Part shown: positions 38,762 through 49,808 of the stretch, piece by piece
Numbering within the stretch: the first letter of the stretch is position 1
Layout of the letters: the number at the start of each line of letters is the position of its first letter
From: Nostoc sp.
GTDB taxonomy: Bacteria; Cyanobacteriota; Cyanobacteriia; Cyanobacteriales; Nostocaceae
DNA length: 64,000 nt
Direction: 5' to 3'
Assembly: GCA_036918135.1 (NCBI GenBank)
Contig: JBALDB010000028.1
Location: 1 to 64,000, forward strand
Notes under the pieces: generated by a model
What the model was told of the DNA's origin: nothing
The model's database searches: none
The model's input: the letters and a program-made list of their open reading frames with translations, nothing else
Made by a program: the position numbers and the translations under genes

Positions 38762-41686
38762 ATGTCTCAAACTTCTGTTACTGTAACCCCGACACGTCCG
38801 ACGTTCATCCTCGTAGATGGACACTCCCTGGCTTATCGTTCATACTTTGCCTTTGCTAAAGGGCGAGATGGAGGACTACGTACAACAACGGGGATTCCTA
38901 CGAGTGTATGTTTTGGTTTTATTAAGTGCTTGCTGGAGGTAATGGGAACACAACAGCCCCAGGCAATGGCTGTAGCCTTTGATTTAGGTCTGCCAACCTT
39001 CCGACATGAAACTGATGATACATATAAAGCCGATCGCAAAGAAACACCAGAAGACTTTATTCCCGACTTAGAAAATCTACACGAGTTGCTCAATGGCTTG
39101 AATTTACCAATTTACACTGCTCCTGGTTATGAGGCAGATGATGTTTTAGGAACTTTATCACAACGAGTAACTGCTGCTGGGTATAGGGTAAAGATTCTTA
39201 CTGGCGATCGCGATTTATTTCAACTGATAGATGCTGAAAAAGAAATCACTGTTTTAAATTTTAGTCCAGATGCTTTAAAGCGCTCTACAAATAGTATTAC
39301 GGAATTTGAAGCAGCACAAGTTAAAGAAAAATTAGGAATTTTACCTTCACAAATTATTGATTTTAAAGCCCTTTGTGGTGATAAATCAGATAATATTCCA
39401 GGAGTTAAGGGAATTGGAGAAAAGACAGCTGTACAGTTGTTGAATACATATGGTTCGCTTGATAATGTTTATGCTGCCCTAGATGAAATTCCAGGTGCAA
39501 CTCAGAAAAAATTGGCAGCGGGTAAAGAAGATGCCCATAAATCTCGTTATTTGGCAACTATTATTTTGGATGTTCCTCTAGAAATTGATTTAGAAGATTC
39601 CAAATTAAAAGGATTTGATACAAGTGTCCTTTCACCAATTTTAGAAAAGTTAGAGTTTAAGTCTTTCTTAGGTAAAATAAACGACCTCCAGCAACGTTTT
39701 GGTGGTACAGTTGCAGAAGCGCTAAAAGCAGAAACAGCTGATGTAGAACCTGAATTTGAAGACGTGGATCTTTCATTTTTTAGTTTTGCTGAAACACAAG
39801 CTGCACAAGAAAAACCTGCTTCTTCATCAATCGAACCGCACATCATTAACACTGAAGCAAAATTGACTAAATTAGTCAAAGTTTTGCAAAAGTTCACCAA
39901 TCCAGAAACACCCGTTGCTTGGGATACTGAAACCACCGATTTAGAACCAAGAGATGCTGAATTAGTAGGAATTGGTTGCTGCTGGGGAACGAAACCAGAT
40001 GAAGTAGCATACATTCCTCTTGGTCACAAAACCGGAGAAAATTTGAATCAGAATATAGTGCTAGAAGCACTACGTCCAATTCTTGAAAGTGCTAATTATC
40101 CCAAAACTTTACAGAATGCGAAATTTGACCGTTTAGTTTTCAAGTGTCAAGGAATTAACTTGGATGGAGTGGTATTCGATCCAATGCTGGCAAGTTATCT
40201 GCTAAATCCAGATTCTAGCCATAATTTGATGGATTTAGCACAGCGATATTTGGGAATAACAGCAAAAAGTTATTTAGATTTAGTTCCCAAAGGCAAAACC
40301 ATAGCTGATATAGATATTCCCACAGTAGCTGATTACTGTGGTATGGATGTTTATTCTACCTTTGGTTTAGTGCCGAAATTGCGTGCAGAAATGGAGAAAA
40401 CTCCAGCTTTATCTAAGCTACTAGTAGAAGTAGAACAGCCGCTAGAAGCAGTTTTAGCGCAAATGGAATACACAGGCGTCCGCATTAATTCAGCTTATTT
40501 ACAAGAACTTTCGCAGCATTTAGAAATAGAGTTAGTCAGATTAAAACAGAAAGCTACTGAAATAGCTGGGGAAAACTTTAACTTGGGTTCTCCTAAACAA
40601 TTGAGCCAAATATTGTTTGAAAAATTGGGATTAAGCACCAAATATTCTCGAAAAATTCAAACCGGCTATTCTACAGATGCAGCAACGTTAGAAAAACTTC
40701 AAGAAATCGACCAAACTGGATTTGTTGAGACCATCACTGAGTACCGCACTTTATCTAAATTAAAGTCTACTTATGTAGATGCATTGCCAGCGTTAGTGCG
40801 TCCAGATACTCATCGGGTGCATACTGATTTTAATCAAGCAGCAACATCAACTGGTAGATTATCTTCTTCTAATCCGAATTTGCAAAATATTCCCATCCGC
40901 ACAGCTTTTAGTCGTCAAATTCGGAAGGCGTTTTTGCCAGAACCAGGTTGGTTAATGATGGCTGCTGATTATTCACAAATAGAATTGCGAATTTTGGCTC
41001 ATTTGAGTCAAGAGCCGATATTAGTGCAAGCATATCAGCAAAATGAAGATGTTCATACTGTGACGGCGCGATTAGTATTTGAAAAAGAAAATATTACCTC
41101 ACAAGAACGAGGAGTAGCAAAAACGATTAATTTTGGCGTAATTTATGGAATGGGTTCTCTAAGATTTTCCCGTTCAACTGGGATAGATAAGGATATTGCC
41201 AACGAGTTCATTAAGCGGTTTAATCAACGATATCCTCAAGTTTTTGCATATTTGGAGCGAATGAAAAAAGAAGCGATCGCTCAAGGTTATGTAGAAACTA
41301 TTCTCGGTCGTCGTCGTTATTTTGAATTTACTAACAACAGTTTACGCAAATTAAAAGGCAGTAACCCGGAAGATATTGATTTGAGTAAATTGAAGAATTT
41401 GGGTGCTTATGATGCGGGTTTACTACGCTCCGCTGCTAATGCACCAATTCAAGGTTCCAATGCTGATATTATCAAAATTGCAATGGTGCAACTGCATGAG
41501 GTGTTGCAGAAATATCAAGCGCGTTTATTATTACAAGTTCACGATGAATTAGTATTTGAAATTCCTCCTGGTGAGTTGGAAGAATTACAACCACAAATTA
41601 AATCGGTGATGGAAAACGCAGTACAATTGAGTGTACCGTTAATAGTGGATGCGCGTGTTGGTGAAAATTGGATGGAAACGAAGTAA
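38762..41686 (+). CDS. polA: DNA polymerase I
   Basis: LVDGHSLAYRSYF (5' exonuclease), WDTETT (3'-5' exonuclease), ADYSQIELRILAH, KTINFGVIYG, LQVHDELVFE. Confidence 0.98.
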   Translation: MSQTSVTVTPTRPTFILVDGHSLAYRSYFAFAKGRDGGLRTTTGIPTSVCFGFIKCLLEVMGTQQPQAMAVAFDLGLPTFRHETDDTYKADRKETPEDFIPDLENLHELLNGLNLPIYTAPGYEADDVLGTLSQRVTAAGYRVKILTGDRDLFQLIDAEKEITVLNFSPDALKRSTNSITEFEAAQVKEKLGILPSQIIDFKALCGDKSDNIPGVKGIGEKTAVQLLNTYGSLDNVYAALDEIPGATQKKLAAGKEDAHKSRYLATIILDVPLEIDLEDSKLKGFDTSVLSPILEKLEFKSFLGKINDLQQRFGGTVAEALKAETADVEPEFEDVDLSFFSFAETQAAQEKPASSSIEPHIINTEAKLTKLVKVLQKFTNPETPVAWDTETTDLEPRDAELVGIGCCWGTKPDEVAYIPLGHKTGENLNQNIVLEALRPILESANYPKTLQNAKFDRLVFKCQGINLDGVVFDPMLASYLLNPDSSHNLMDLAQRYLGITAKSYLDLVPKGKTIADIDIPTVADYCGMDVYSTFGLVPKLRAEMEKTPALSKLLVEVEQPLEAVLAQMEYTGVRINSAYLQELSQHLEIELVRLKQKATEIAGENFNLGSPKQLSQILFEKLGLSTKYSRKIQTGYSTDAATLEKLQEIDQTGFVETITEYRTLSKLKSTYVDALPALVRPDTHRVHTDFNQAATSTGRLSSSNPNLQNIPIRTAFSRQIRKAFLPEPGWLMMAADYSQIELRILAHLSQEPILVQAYQQNEDVHTVTARLVFEKENITSQERGVAKTINFGVIYGMGSLRFSRSTGIDKDIANEFIKRFNQRYPQVFAYLERMKKEAIAQGYVETILGRRRYFEFTNNSLRKLKGSNPEDIDLSKLKNLGAYDAGLLRSAANAPIQGSNADIIKIAMVQLHEVLQKYQARLLLQVHDELVFEIPPGELEELQPQIKSVMENAVQLSVPLIVDARVGENWMETK

Positions 41687-41972
41687 ATTAAATAGTAAAT
41701 TGTTCACTTAAGTAAAGCTAGCGATCGCGTTTTCTTGAATTAAGGTTTGCACCCTTGGTTATAATCGGCGTTGCAGTTAATTACCATTAGATATCATTAA
41801 ATTTTTCAGAAAATCTTAAACTTAATTATTAGCAGCAACTTTTGCTTAAGTAAGCGACATTCCATATATATTTTAAAAATTAAATCTGAATTCTATATAA
41901 GTTATATTTGCTATTTTTAAATATGATGCTGAGTTTGTTTTTTAGGCCATTCTTCTCAAAAGGAATTTTAAT

Positions 41973-42908
41973 ATGTATCGTCGTTGGCTTTTACCTGCCT
42001 TAGCAATTTTTTTAAGTATTGTTTTAATTGCTTGCACAACTGCAACTACTCAGCATCTACAACCAAAAATAGCAAATACTACTGAAACTACTAATATAAA
42101 TTCTCAGCAATTACCAAAACAATCAGCCAAAAGAGTTGTTGCTCTTTCTTCTCTTTCTGCTGATATTATCGCTCGACTCGACCAAACAAAAATAGTTGGA
42201 ATTACTGGTAGTAAATTATTTAATAATGACCCTCGTTTTAAAAATATTCCTCGTGTTAGTGAAGGTCAAAATTCTCCTAATTTAGAAAAAATTATAGCAC
42301 TCAAACCTGATTTAGTTATTGGTGCAGAAGGTTTTTCTACTATTCCAATTCAAAAAATTAAGCAATTAGGAATTCCAACTTTGCTTACTCAGGTTAATAA
42401 CTGGGAATCTCTAGAAGAGTTGACTAAAACACTGGCTAAGTTAATTAATACCAATCCTCAGCCTTTATTAAATCGATACAAAACTTTCTTGGTAGAACAG
42501 CCTAATCAGAATTTTACAGGTTTGGTACTAGTTAGTCGTCAACCAATTTTAGCCCCCAATAAAAATAGTTGGGCGGGAGATATACTAACGAAATTTAAGG
42601 TAAAAAATCTGGCAGCAGAATTACAAGGAAAAAGTCCAGTCGGTGGCTATGTGACGCTTTCGGCTGAGAAAGTTTTAGAAGCAAATCCAGAGGTGATAAT
42701 TTTGGTTAATTCTCCACAAGGTAATTCGGAAGCAGGGCTTTTAGATTATTTAAAAAAGGAGGCTTTTTGGAAGCAATTACAAGCGACTCAAAACAACCGA
42801 ATTTATATGTTTGATTATTATGGTCTGGTGAATCCAGGTAGTATAGATGCAATAGAAAAGGCTTGTACACAGTTGAAGCAAGATTTGTTCGCATCAAAGC
42901 GTACTTAG
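41973..42908 (+). CDS. ABC substrate-binding lipoprotein, iron-siderophore/cobalamin (FhuD/BtuF) type
   Basis: Lipobox LIAC; KRVVALS, PNLEKIIALKPDLVIG, LSAEKVLEANPEVII. Confidence 0.85.
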   Translation: MYRRWLLPALAIFLSIVLIACTTATTQHLQPKIANTTETTNINSQQLPKQSAKRVVALSSLSADIIARLDQTKIVGITGSKLFNNDPRFKNIPRVSEGQNSPNLEKIIALKPDLVIGAEGFSTIPIQKIKQLGIPTLLTQVNNWESLEELTKTLAKLINTNPQPLLNRYKTFLVEQPNQNFTGLVLVSRQPILAPNKNSWAGDILTKFKVKNLAAELQGKSPVGGYVTLSAEKVLEANPEVIILVNSPQGNSEAGLLDYLKKEAFWKQLQATQNNRIYMFDYYGLVNPGSIDAIEKACTQLKQDLFASKRT

Positions 42909-43135
42909 CCAAATAAATGTAATTAAATGTGAGTCTTTAATGGAAGTACACCTCCAAGAAGGGCGAAAGAAGCAAAACCAAACTATCGATATAAAGAAGC
43001 TGAAATGAATATTATTAAGCTACGGTTGTTGGCGAACGATGTCCGCTCGTGAAATAGTATAAGATTGTTTCTTAAAAGAGATAATCTACAATCTAAAATT
43101 TAAAATTAAAAAATCCAAAATAGTATTAGGTTGCA

Positions 43136-43678
43136 TTAACTTACCTCAATTTTTTTTAACCAAGTAACTAAGTCATTTGAGTCAAGTGCTATCTCGCTTC
43201 CTAAGGTTTTTATATAAAGAAGTCCGTCACTAATAATTAAATCTCTGATTGGATACCATGACTCTCGTGTCCTAATCAAAAGTTCTAAGGGAATTCCCGG
43301 TCGCGAAGTATACTTGCGATATTTCCACCAAGCCCGCCATAGCAGTACAGATTTAGTACACTGCATTTGATAGCCTTTAGGAATTTCACAGTATTGATAC
43401 TGATAGAAACCTCGACTATCAATTTCTCCTTTGAGAAGATAACCACATTCTGCTAATGCCTGATTTATTAATTCCCAATGAGATGAGTTTGGATAAATTG
43501 AGAATTCACATAGTGTATTAGATATTTGGGCGATCGCAATTACGCCCTCAGATTTTGCACTTAGTTGGTTGGTTTTATAAACTGTTTGTGCTGTCAAAGA
43601 AGGGTTTGACAACAAAATGTCTTTTTTATGGATAGAGTTTCGGATAAATTCTTGAATCAAATCGAGATTAGATAACAT
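43136..43678 (-). CDS. Conserved cyanobacterial hypothetical protein
   Basis: Intact 180-aa ORF with LLWRAWWKY and WYPIRDL motifs. Confidence 0.75.
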   Translation of the reverse strand: MLSNLDLIQEFIRNSIHKKDILLSNPSLTAQTVYKTNQLSAKSEGVIAIAQISNTLCEFSIYPNSSHWELINQALAECGYLLKGEIDSRGFYQYQYCEIPKGYQMQCTKSVLLWRAWWKYRKYTSRPGIPLELLIRTRESWYPIRDLIISDGLLYIKTLGSEIALDSNDLVTWLKKIEVS

Positions 43679-43685
43679 AAAGTTT

Positions 43686-43822
43686 TACAGCAGTTTTCAT
43701 TTGCATGAAGTACAAAGTTACGGGTTTTGAGGCAGTTCTTGCTGGAGACAGGAGGTAGAAACTGTTTACCTGTGATGAATCAGTCTTGAATTTTGTACCT
43801 CACTTACTTGCAATCTGCTGTA
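43686..43822. mobile_element. MITE, copy 2 (TACAGCAG...CTGCTGTA)
   Basis: Perfect 8-bp terminal inverted repeat; both ends homologous to 17940-18064. Confidence 0.75.
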
Positions 43823-44029
43823 TATACTTAGTGACCTAGCCTAAAGTAAGCCCAACATAGTGCAAATTAGCATTTATACTGGTACTGTCACTTGCCAAAT
43901 GAAGGACAAGAGTTTTAAGTATACTGAAACCGCTCTTTAACAAAGGTTTCATTTAGTTTTATGTATAGTATGCTGCCTAAAAAACTTTTTGACAAAAGAA
44001 ATTTTGTTTCTAGGCAGCCAATTAGCTAT

Positions 44030-44836
44030 TTAAATTTTTACGCTTTTTAGAAAAGGTTCAAATACCGAAACCAATTCTGGGCGGCTAACTACGAGGGTGG
44101 GAAAAGAGCGATCGCTATAATCTTCTCCTGGTGACAGCGGAAACGGTTCAGAATTAAGTGACAACCAGACACCGCCAGCAGCTTGGACAATTACCCAAGC
44201 ACCCGCTAAGTCCCAAACTTTTGGTGTCGCCTCAATTCCGCCCAGAGTCGCCCCAGTTGCAACTGTCAAAAAGTTATAGCTAGCCACACCCAACATGCGA
44301 ATTTTGCAGGGAAAGCCGTTGCGGATAATTGCGGTACTCCGGGAACAGAGGTTAAAAAAATGATTATTGCTAGGACTATCACTACTGGTATGGATGGGGT
44401 GATGGTTGAGAAATGCTCCAGTTGGTGTTGCTAAACCAGATGAACCTGCCCAAAAACCATGAAAAGCTTGATTCAGGGGTGGTGCGTAAACATAACCAAA
44501 AATTGGAATGCCTTGATACAGTAAACCTAGAGAAATTGACCAGATAGGAATGCCACGTGTGAAGTTGGTTGTACCATCGAGGGGGTCAATTACCCAGCAC
44601 CATTCTGTACCGGGAAAAGAGCGTTCGCTTTCTTCGCTCAAAATACCGTAACCAGAGAAATTAGAAGCGATCGCATCCTGTATTTCTCGATCTGCCCATT
44701 TATCAGCTTGCGTCACCAAAGTACCATCGGCTTTTTGTGAAGCCTGTACTTGTCCAAAATCTTGCATTAGCTGTTTGCCCACTCTGATAGTGGTAGTTTG
44801 GGCAAAATCAAGAATTGTTGTCCAAAAATCATTCAT
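44030..44836 (-). CDS. Inositol monophosphatase family protein
   Basis: LVTQAD, ILSEE, WVIDPLDGTTNF, VWDLAGAWVIVQAAGG. Confidence 0.93.
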   Translation of the reverse strand: MNDFWTTILDFAQTTTIRVGKQLMQDFGQVQASQKADGTLVTQADKWADREIQDAIASNFSGYGILSEESERSFPGTEWCWVIDPLDGTTNFTRGIPIWSISLGLLYQGIPIFGYVYAPPLNQAFHGFWAGSSGLATPTGAFLNHHPIHTSSDSPSNNHFFNLCSRSTAIIRNGFPCKIRMLGVASYNFLTVATGATLGGIEATPKVWDLAGAWVIVQAAGGVWLSLNSEPFPLSPGEDYSDRSFPTLVVSRPELVSVFEPFLKSVKI

Positions 44837-44915
44837 GGTTAGTTGTCATTTGTTATTTGTCATTTATTAATCGTCCAATAACTAATGTCCAATGCCCCAT
44901 GCCTCATACCCTAAT

Positions 44916-46349
44916 TTAGTCTAAATCACTTTCTAAAACAGAAGCGATCGCAAGCTTTGTATTTGTTTGAAATTCTGCGACATTTACCCGATTGAGAAAC
45001 CAAATCGACAGCACCATTCCCACAGCTTCTAAGGCAAATACTAGTCCATAAGCTAAAACTAAGTTCGGTAGTAGATTGCGCCCCAGATCCAACAGAGTAC
45101 CGCCGATGACCACTGCTAATCCTCTGGATATCGACTGCGCTAACCCCCACGCCCCAATAAACGTACCTGCGGCTTCGGCTGCTGTCAGATCCAACATCAA
45201 GCTAATTGCTGCGGTAGTTAAGAAACCTGCGGCCAGACCGAACAAAACTAAACCAAATTTCAGGAAGCCTGGATTAGCAGAAAATCCTGATATAGCTAGC
45301 AATCCGACGGCGAATGCTACTAAAATACAACCCAGGCGTGCAGTTCTGCGCTTACCTAAAAGTGGCACCACCAAAAAGCCAGTGACAATGTAGCCAATTA
45401 GTGTACCTATTCCGTAAAAAGCATTCAGTTTAGTACTTTCAGCCAAAGGCATTTTAAATACTTGACCAGCGTAAGGTTCCAAAATTGGGTCTTGCATGAA
45501 CAAGCTGATGGTCATCACCAGTAAAAAGGTGAAAAACAAACCTGTTTGCCGACTAGCTGTCAAGATTTTCCAAGCATTGCCTAGAGTAATGCTGTCTTCT
45601 CGGTTTACTAGTGTAGAACGGCTTAAATATTGGGAATATTTTTTTTCCACACCCAATGTCGCTATGAATGCTAAAGCCAATACAATTACTGGGACGGTAA
45701 TAAATAATCTGTTGACAGATGCTTGTAAGGTAGCTACGGTTGCTTCGGGCGTTAATTGTTTGAGCAAACTGGAACTGATAATTGCCCCGATAATGATCCC
45801 CACCAGCAACATCGACCAAACCACACCAACTACTTTGGAACGGTTATTTTCTTCAGATATATCTACCAACAAAGCAGCAAAAGCAGTACTACTAGCACAA
45901 ATTCCTAGACCGTAAACTGCGAACACAAGGGACAGAAGCGCTGTCCAGCCGATTGTTTGGGTTGTCCATACCCAGCCGCCTGCACTACTTGCAGCAAAGT
46001 CGAGCTGCCACATTATTTGTACAGCTAAAAATGCAGCGATCGCAAATATCGCCGCCCCCACCCAAACATAAGCCGTGCGATGGGAACCCCATAACGGCTT
46101 AGCATCTGAAATCTGTCCGAACCAGATACGCGAAGGAGCAACAAATAAGGGCAGTGCTAGAACTACTGAGGCTAGCGTTGCTGGAATTGCTATTTCTTGA
46201 ATCATGACTCTGTTAAGTACTCCCAAAGTCAAGATGGACATCATGCTCAACCCCATTTGAAACAAACCCAGCCGGAACATAGTCAGCAGGTTTACTCTTG
46301 GCACAGATAGGGACTTTGTTTGGGTATCAAATACTTCACCGCTTGCCAT
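44916..46349 (-). CDS. BCD (PucC) family MFS transporter
   Basis: FRLGLFQMGL..LNRVMIQE, MQDPILEPYAG, GTFIGAWGLAQ. Confidence 0.9.
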   Translation of the reverse strand: MASGEVFDTQTKSLSVPRVNLLTMFRLGLFQMGLSMMSILTLGVLNRVMIQEIAIPATLASVVLALPLFVAPSRIWFGQISDAKPLWGSHRTAYVWVGAAIFAIAAFLAVQIMWQLDFAASSAGGWVWTTQTIGWTALLSLVFAVYGLGICASSTAFAALLVDISEENNRSKVVGVVWSMLLVGIIIGAIISSSLLKQLTPEATVATLQASVNRLFITVPVIVLALAFIATLGVEKKYSQYLSRSTLVNREDSITLGNAWKILTASRQTGLFFTFLLVMTISLFMQDPILEPYAGQVFKMPLAESTKLNAFYGIGTLIGYIVTGFLVVPLLGKRRTARLGCILVAFAVGLLAISGFSANPGFLKFGLVLFGLAAGFLTTAAISLMLDLTAAEAAGTFIGAWGLAQSISRGLAVVIGGTLLDLGRNLLPNLVLAYGLVFALEAVGMVLSIWFLNRVNVAEFQTNTKLAIASVLESDLD

Positions 46350-46577
46350 AGCTACTTTTTCGTATGCTTAATAGGACTTAATCTCTCTCTTTAAATAAAG
46401 ATAAACCCTACCTGTTGCAAAAGAGCGAACGAAAAGTGGAAGTTGCGAACGTACCCTGCTTATCTTCCCAACATAAGCAAAACCTCGGTTAGCGCACGCT
46501 AGAGCCTAGTTAAGATTAATTTTTATGGCTTGCTTGAAATTCGCGATCGGATAACTAGAGAATTTTAGGATGAAGTA

Positions 46578-46772
46578 GTGAAACGAGACTCCATTTACTA
46601 TCAAATTTTTAAGCGCTTTCCTGGTTTACTCTTTGAATTAGTTGAGGATCCTCCTCTTCAAGCGCAAAAGTATCAATTTGAATCAATTGAAGTCAAAGAA
46701 ACTACTTTGTTGGAGACCGAAGAGAAAATGTACAATTTTCTTTCAAAGATGCCTGCCATCTCCGTCAAATAG
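46578..46772 (+). pseudogene. Truncated Rpn/DUF2887 family nuclease fragment
   Basis: MKRDSIYYQIFKRFPGLLFELV...YQFESIEVKET, then diverges before the usual FRIDGVF. Confidence 0.7.
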
Positions 46773-46997
46773 TTGTGGTAAATGGCTCAAAACTGATATT
46801 CAAACAACTCCTTTCAACTATGGATGTTGATTTTGTCCGCACGGGTCAAAGTACCGTAGTTCCTTTTGCATTTAAGTATATTAGAGAATATAAGAATTTT
46901 GGCGCTGCTAAATGACTGTATGAATCGGTTTCCTAGTCTTGCTTGTGACGCTACACTAAAAAAGTAAAGAAATGTAAATAAATTAAATTTTGCAACC

Positions 46998-47945
46998 GTG
47001 GAAAATATCACATTGGGGCAAAATGGCCCAGTTGTTACACCTTTGTGTATAGGTACTTGGGCTTGGGGCGATAAACTCTTTTGGAATTATGGCAATGACT
47101 ACGGCCCAGAACAGTTAAAAGAAGCCTTCACCGCAGCGCTACAAGCTGGTGTAAGCTTTTTCGACACTGCCGAAGTTTACGGAATGGGATTATCAGAGAA
47201 ATTGTTGGGGCAATTTATGCAACAGACACAACAAAGAGTGCAAATCGCCACAAAATTTGGCCCCCTACCTTGGCGATTTACTGGTCAATCTGTCTCTGAT
47301 GCTTTAACACAGAGTCTCAAACGCCTACAAGTAGAGCAAATTGCTCTCTACCAAGTACACTGGCCTTTTGCCTTCTTTTTAAGTCAAAAAACTCTGATGA
47401 ACGCTTTAGCCGATGAAGTGAAGCGGGGTAGAATTGCCGCAGTCGGTGTGAGTAATTACTCAGCAGAGCAAATGCGAGATGCCCATCAAATATTGGCAGA
47501 TCGTGGAGTACCTTTGGCTGTGAACCAAGTACGCTATTCTTTACTCACTCGCCAAATTGAAACCAAGGATATTCTCGCAACTGCCCGTGAGTTAGGTGTG
47601 ACTCTTTTGGCTTATAGTCCTTTAGCTCAGGGATTGCTGACAGGTAAATACAGTATTGATAGTGCCGAAACCCCTACTGGTGCTAGAAAAATAGACCCAC
47701 GATTTAGTAAACAAGGCTTACAAAAAATTGCACCAGTAATATCTTTGCTGCGTAACTTTGGAGAAAAATACGATCGCACCCCAGCCCAAGTTGCTCTCAA
47801 CTGGTTAATTTCTCAGGGTAACGTCATTCCGATTGCAGGGGTGAAGACAGCCGAACAGGTACGTCAAAATGCTGGGGCTTTGGGTTGGAGATTGAACGAG
47901 GATGAAATTCAAGAGTTAGAAAAAGTTAGCCGTCCTTGGCTGTAG
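46998..47945 (+). CDS. Aldo/keto reductase
   Basis: IGTWAWGD, FFDTAEVYG, IATKF, LYQVHWP, VGVSNY, LAYSPLAQG. Confidence 0.94.
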   Translation: MENITLGQNGPVVTPLCIGTWAWGDKLFWNYGNDYGPEQLKEAFTAALQAGVSFFDTAEVYGMGLSEKLLGQFMQQTQQRVQIATKFGPLPWRFTGQSVSDALTQSLKRLQVEQIALYQVHWPFAFFLSQKTLMNALADEVKRGRIAAVGVSNYSAEQMRDAHQILADRGVPLAVNQVRYSLLTRQIETKDILATARELGVTLLAYSPLAQGLLTGKYSIDSAETPTGARKIDPRFSKQGLQKIAPVISLLRNFGEKYDRTPAQVALNWLISQGNVIPIAGVKTAEQVRQNAGALGWRLNEDEIQELEKVSRPWL

Positions 47946-48152
47946 TATTTCTCAAATACTCAAATGCAGGGGACTACAGTTAGTGAAACTGTGAGTTCCC
48001 TGCAAAGTTAGTTAAAAAGTCAAAAAGTCAAGAGTCGAAAGTCAACATCTTAACTCCTAACTCTTAACTCTTAACTGTGTCAATTTTAGATTTTGAATTT
48101 AGAATTTTGGATTGAAGCAAAAATCTAAAATCCAAAATTTATTAACTTCTAA

Positions 48153-49682
48153 CTAAGAAGCAGATTCTCTAGCTGTAGGTGAACCTAACTTTTGAGTAGG
48201 TGAGACAGAAGCATCACGACGGCTTGTCCGCAGTTTAGGTTTGGGAGTACCACTTCTTTCTTCTTCCCCAACAACAGTATCTGATTTCCAAGCAGAACGG
48301 GGACGCTCGCCAGAAGATTGGCGCTTGGCAAGTCTCGGTTTGGGAGTAGCGGGTTCTTCTTGAGGAATTTCTACCTCGGATTGCAACCAAGCAGGACGAG
48401 TTTGATCGTAAGCGATTTGCAATGCAGCTGCGGCGATCGCCTGAGCATCATATTTTTCAATCAATTCGCTGACAATCGGCAAAAATGAAGCCAAACGTTC
48501 GCCAGCTAAAGCTTCCCGGACTTGCTCCTGTAATTTCAGGATGTGCCGCGCTTCAATTTGCGCCCGTGTAGGAATTGTCAGCACTTGCCAAGCTTGGCGA
48601 TTATGGCGTTCAAATGTTTGTTGTTTGCGCCGCTCAAATGGCTGTACTAAAGAAATTGCGGTTCCTTCTTTACCAGCACGACCAGTACGACCAATGCGAT
48701 GTACGTATGTTTCTACGCTATCAGGTAGGTCGTAGTTGATCACATGAGAAAGTTGATCGACATCTAATCCGCGTGCGGCAATATCAGTTGCTACTACCCA
48801 ACGCACTTGACGATTGCGGAATCTGCTCAGTAACCGCTCCCGCGCTTGTTGGGACAAGTCGCCATGATATTCATCAACGCTATGACCAGCAGCTTGCAGT
48901 TGATTGGTGAGTTCGGCGGCGGTACGTCTGGTGCGAACAAAGATTAAAGCTGTTTCTGGGTCTTCCATTTCCAGAATCGGCTGTAAAGCTTTGGCTTTTG
49001 TCCAATGGCGAGGGATCAGATAAGCTACCTGATTAATTTTGTTGGGCGCAGCTTTTGGTTGCTCAACGGTGACTGTCGCTGGCGATCGCAAAAACTTGTT
49101 CACTAAAGAACGAATCGATGGTGGCATTGTGGCTGAGAATAAAGCTGTTTGCCGTTCTGTAGGTGCTTGGGAAAGGATTTTCACTACATCATCAATAAAG
49201 CCCATGCTTAACATTTCATCGGCTTCATCTAAGACAAACCATTTCACTTGATCGAGCTTTAAACAGCCGCGATCGAGTAAATCTATTACCCGTCCTGGGG
49301 TGCCAACGACGATATGAACGCCACGTTTGAGCTGTAACATTTGCCGCTCAATTGATTGACCGCCGTAGATTGCTAACACTCGCAATCCTTCATTACCGAT
49401 AAACTGAGCGATCGCATCGTGAACTTGCATGGCTAACTCACGAGTTGGTGTTAAAACCAAGGCTTGCACTGCTTTTTGATTAATATCCAGCCTTTCTAAA
49501 ATTGGCAGTGAAAATGCTGCTGTTTTACCCGTTCCAGTTTGAGATTGACCCACCACATCACGACCCGCCAACAGTTGGGGAATTGCTTGAGCTTGAATAC
49601 TAGTAGGTGTAGTAAAGCCAATTTTTTCTAATTGTTCGACACGTTCTTGGGAAATACCTAATTCTTGAAACGAAAGATTCAT
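48153..49682 (-). CDS. crhR: DEAD-box RNA helicase CrhR
   Basis: SQTGTGKT, PTRELA, DEAD, SAT, HRIGRTGRAG; lies downstream of rimO. Confidence 0.92.
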   Translation of the reverse strand: MNLSFQELGISQERVEQLEKIGFTTPTSIQAQAIPQLLAGRDVVGQSQTGTGKTAAFSLPILERLDINQKAVQALVLTPTRELAMQVHDAIAQFIGNEGLRVLAIYGGQSIERQMLQLKRGVHIVVGTPGRVIDLLDRGCLKLDQVKWFVLDEADEMLSMGFIDDVVKILSQAPTERQTALFSATMPPSIRSLVNKFLRSPATVTVEQPKAAPNKINQVAYLIPRHWTKAKALQPILEMEDPETALIFVRTRRTAAELTNQLQAAGHSVDEYHGDLSQQARERLLSRFRNRQVRWVVATDIAARGLDVDQLSHVINYDLPDSVETYVHRIGRTGRAGKEGTAISLVQPFERRKQQTFERHNRQAWQVLTIPTRAQIEARHILKLQEQVREALAGERLASFLPIVSELIEKYDAQAIAAAALQIAYDQTRPAWLQSEVEIPQEEPATPKPRLAKRQSSGERPRSAWKSDTVVGEEERSGTPKPKLRTSRRDASVSPTQKLGSPTARESAS

Positions 49683-49716
49683 TAATTCTCCTAAATTTTC
49701 TCTAAGGATTTTTGGA

Positions 49717-49808
49717 TTAGTCATTAGTCATTAATCATTGGTCATTAGTTATTAGTCATTGGTCATTAGTCATTTACAAAGGACAACTGACAACTGACAA
49801 AGGACAAA
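49717..49808. repeat. STRR heptamer arrays (TTAGTCA/TTGGTCA and GACAAAG/GACAACT)
   Basis: Tandem heptamers in the rimO-crhR intergenic region. Confidence 0.8.

Noticed and set aside
39547..40014. Antisense ORFs inside polA, and similar ones inside ndh, MFS, crhR and uppP
   Set aside because: Shadow frames of well-supported genes on the opposite strand.
38762..41686. Intein or other insertion in polA
   Set aside because: The length and acidic linker fit cyanobacterial PolA, and no intein motifs were seen.
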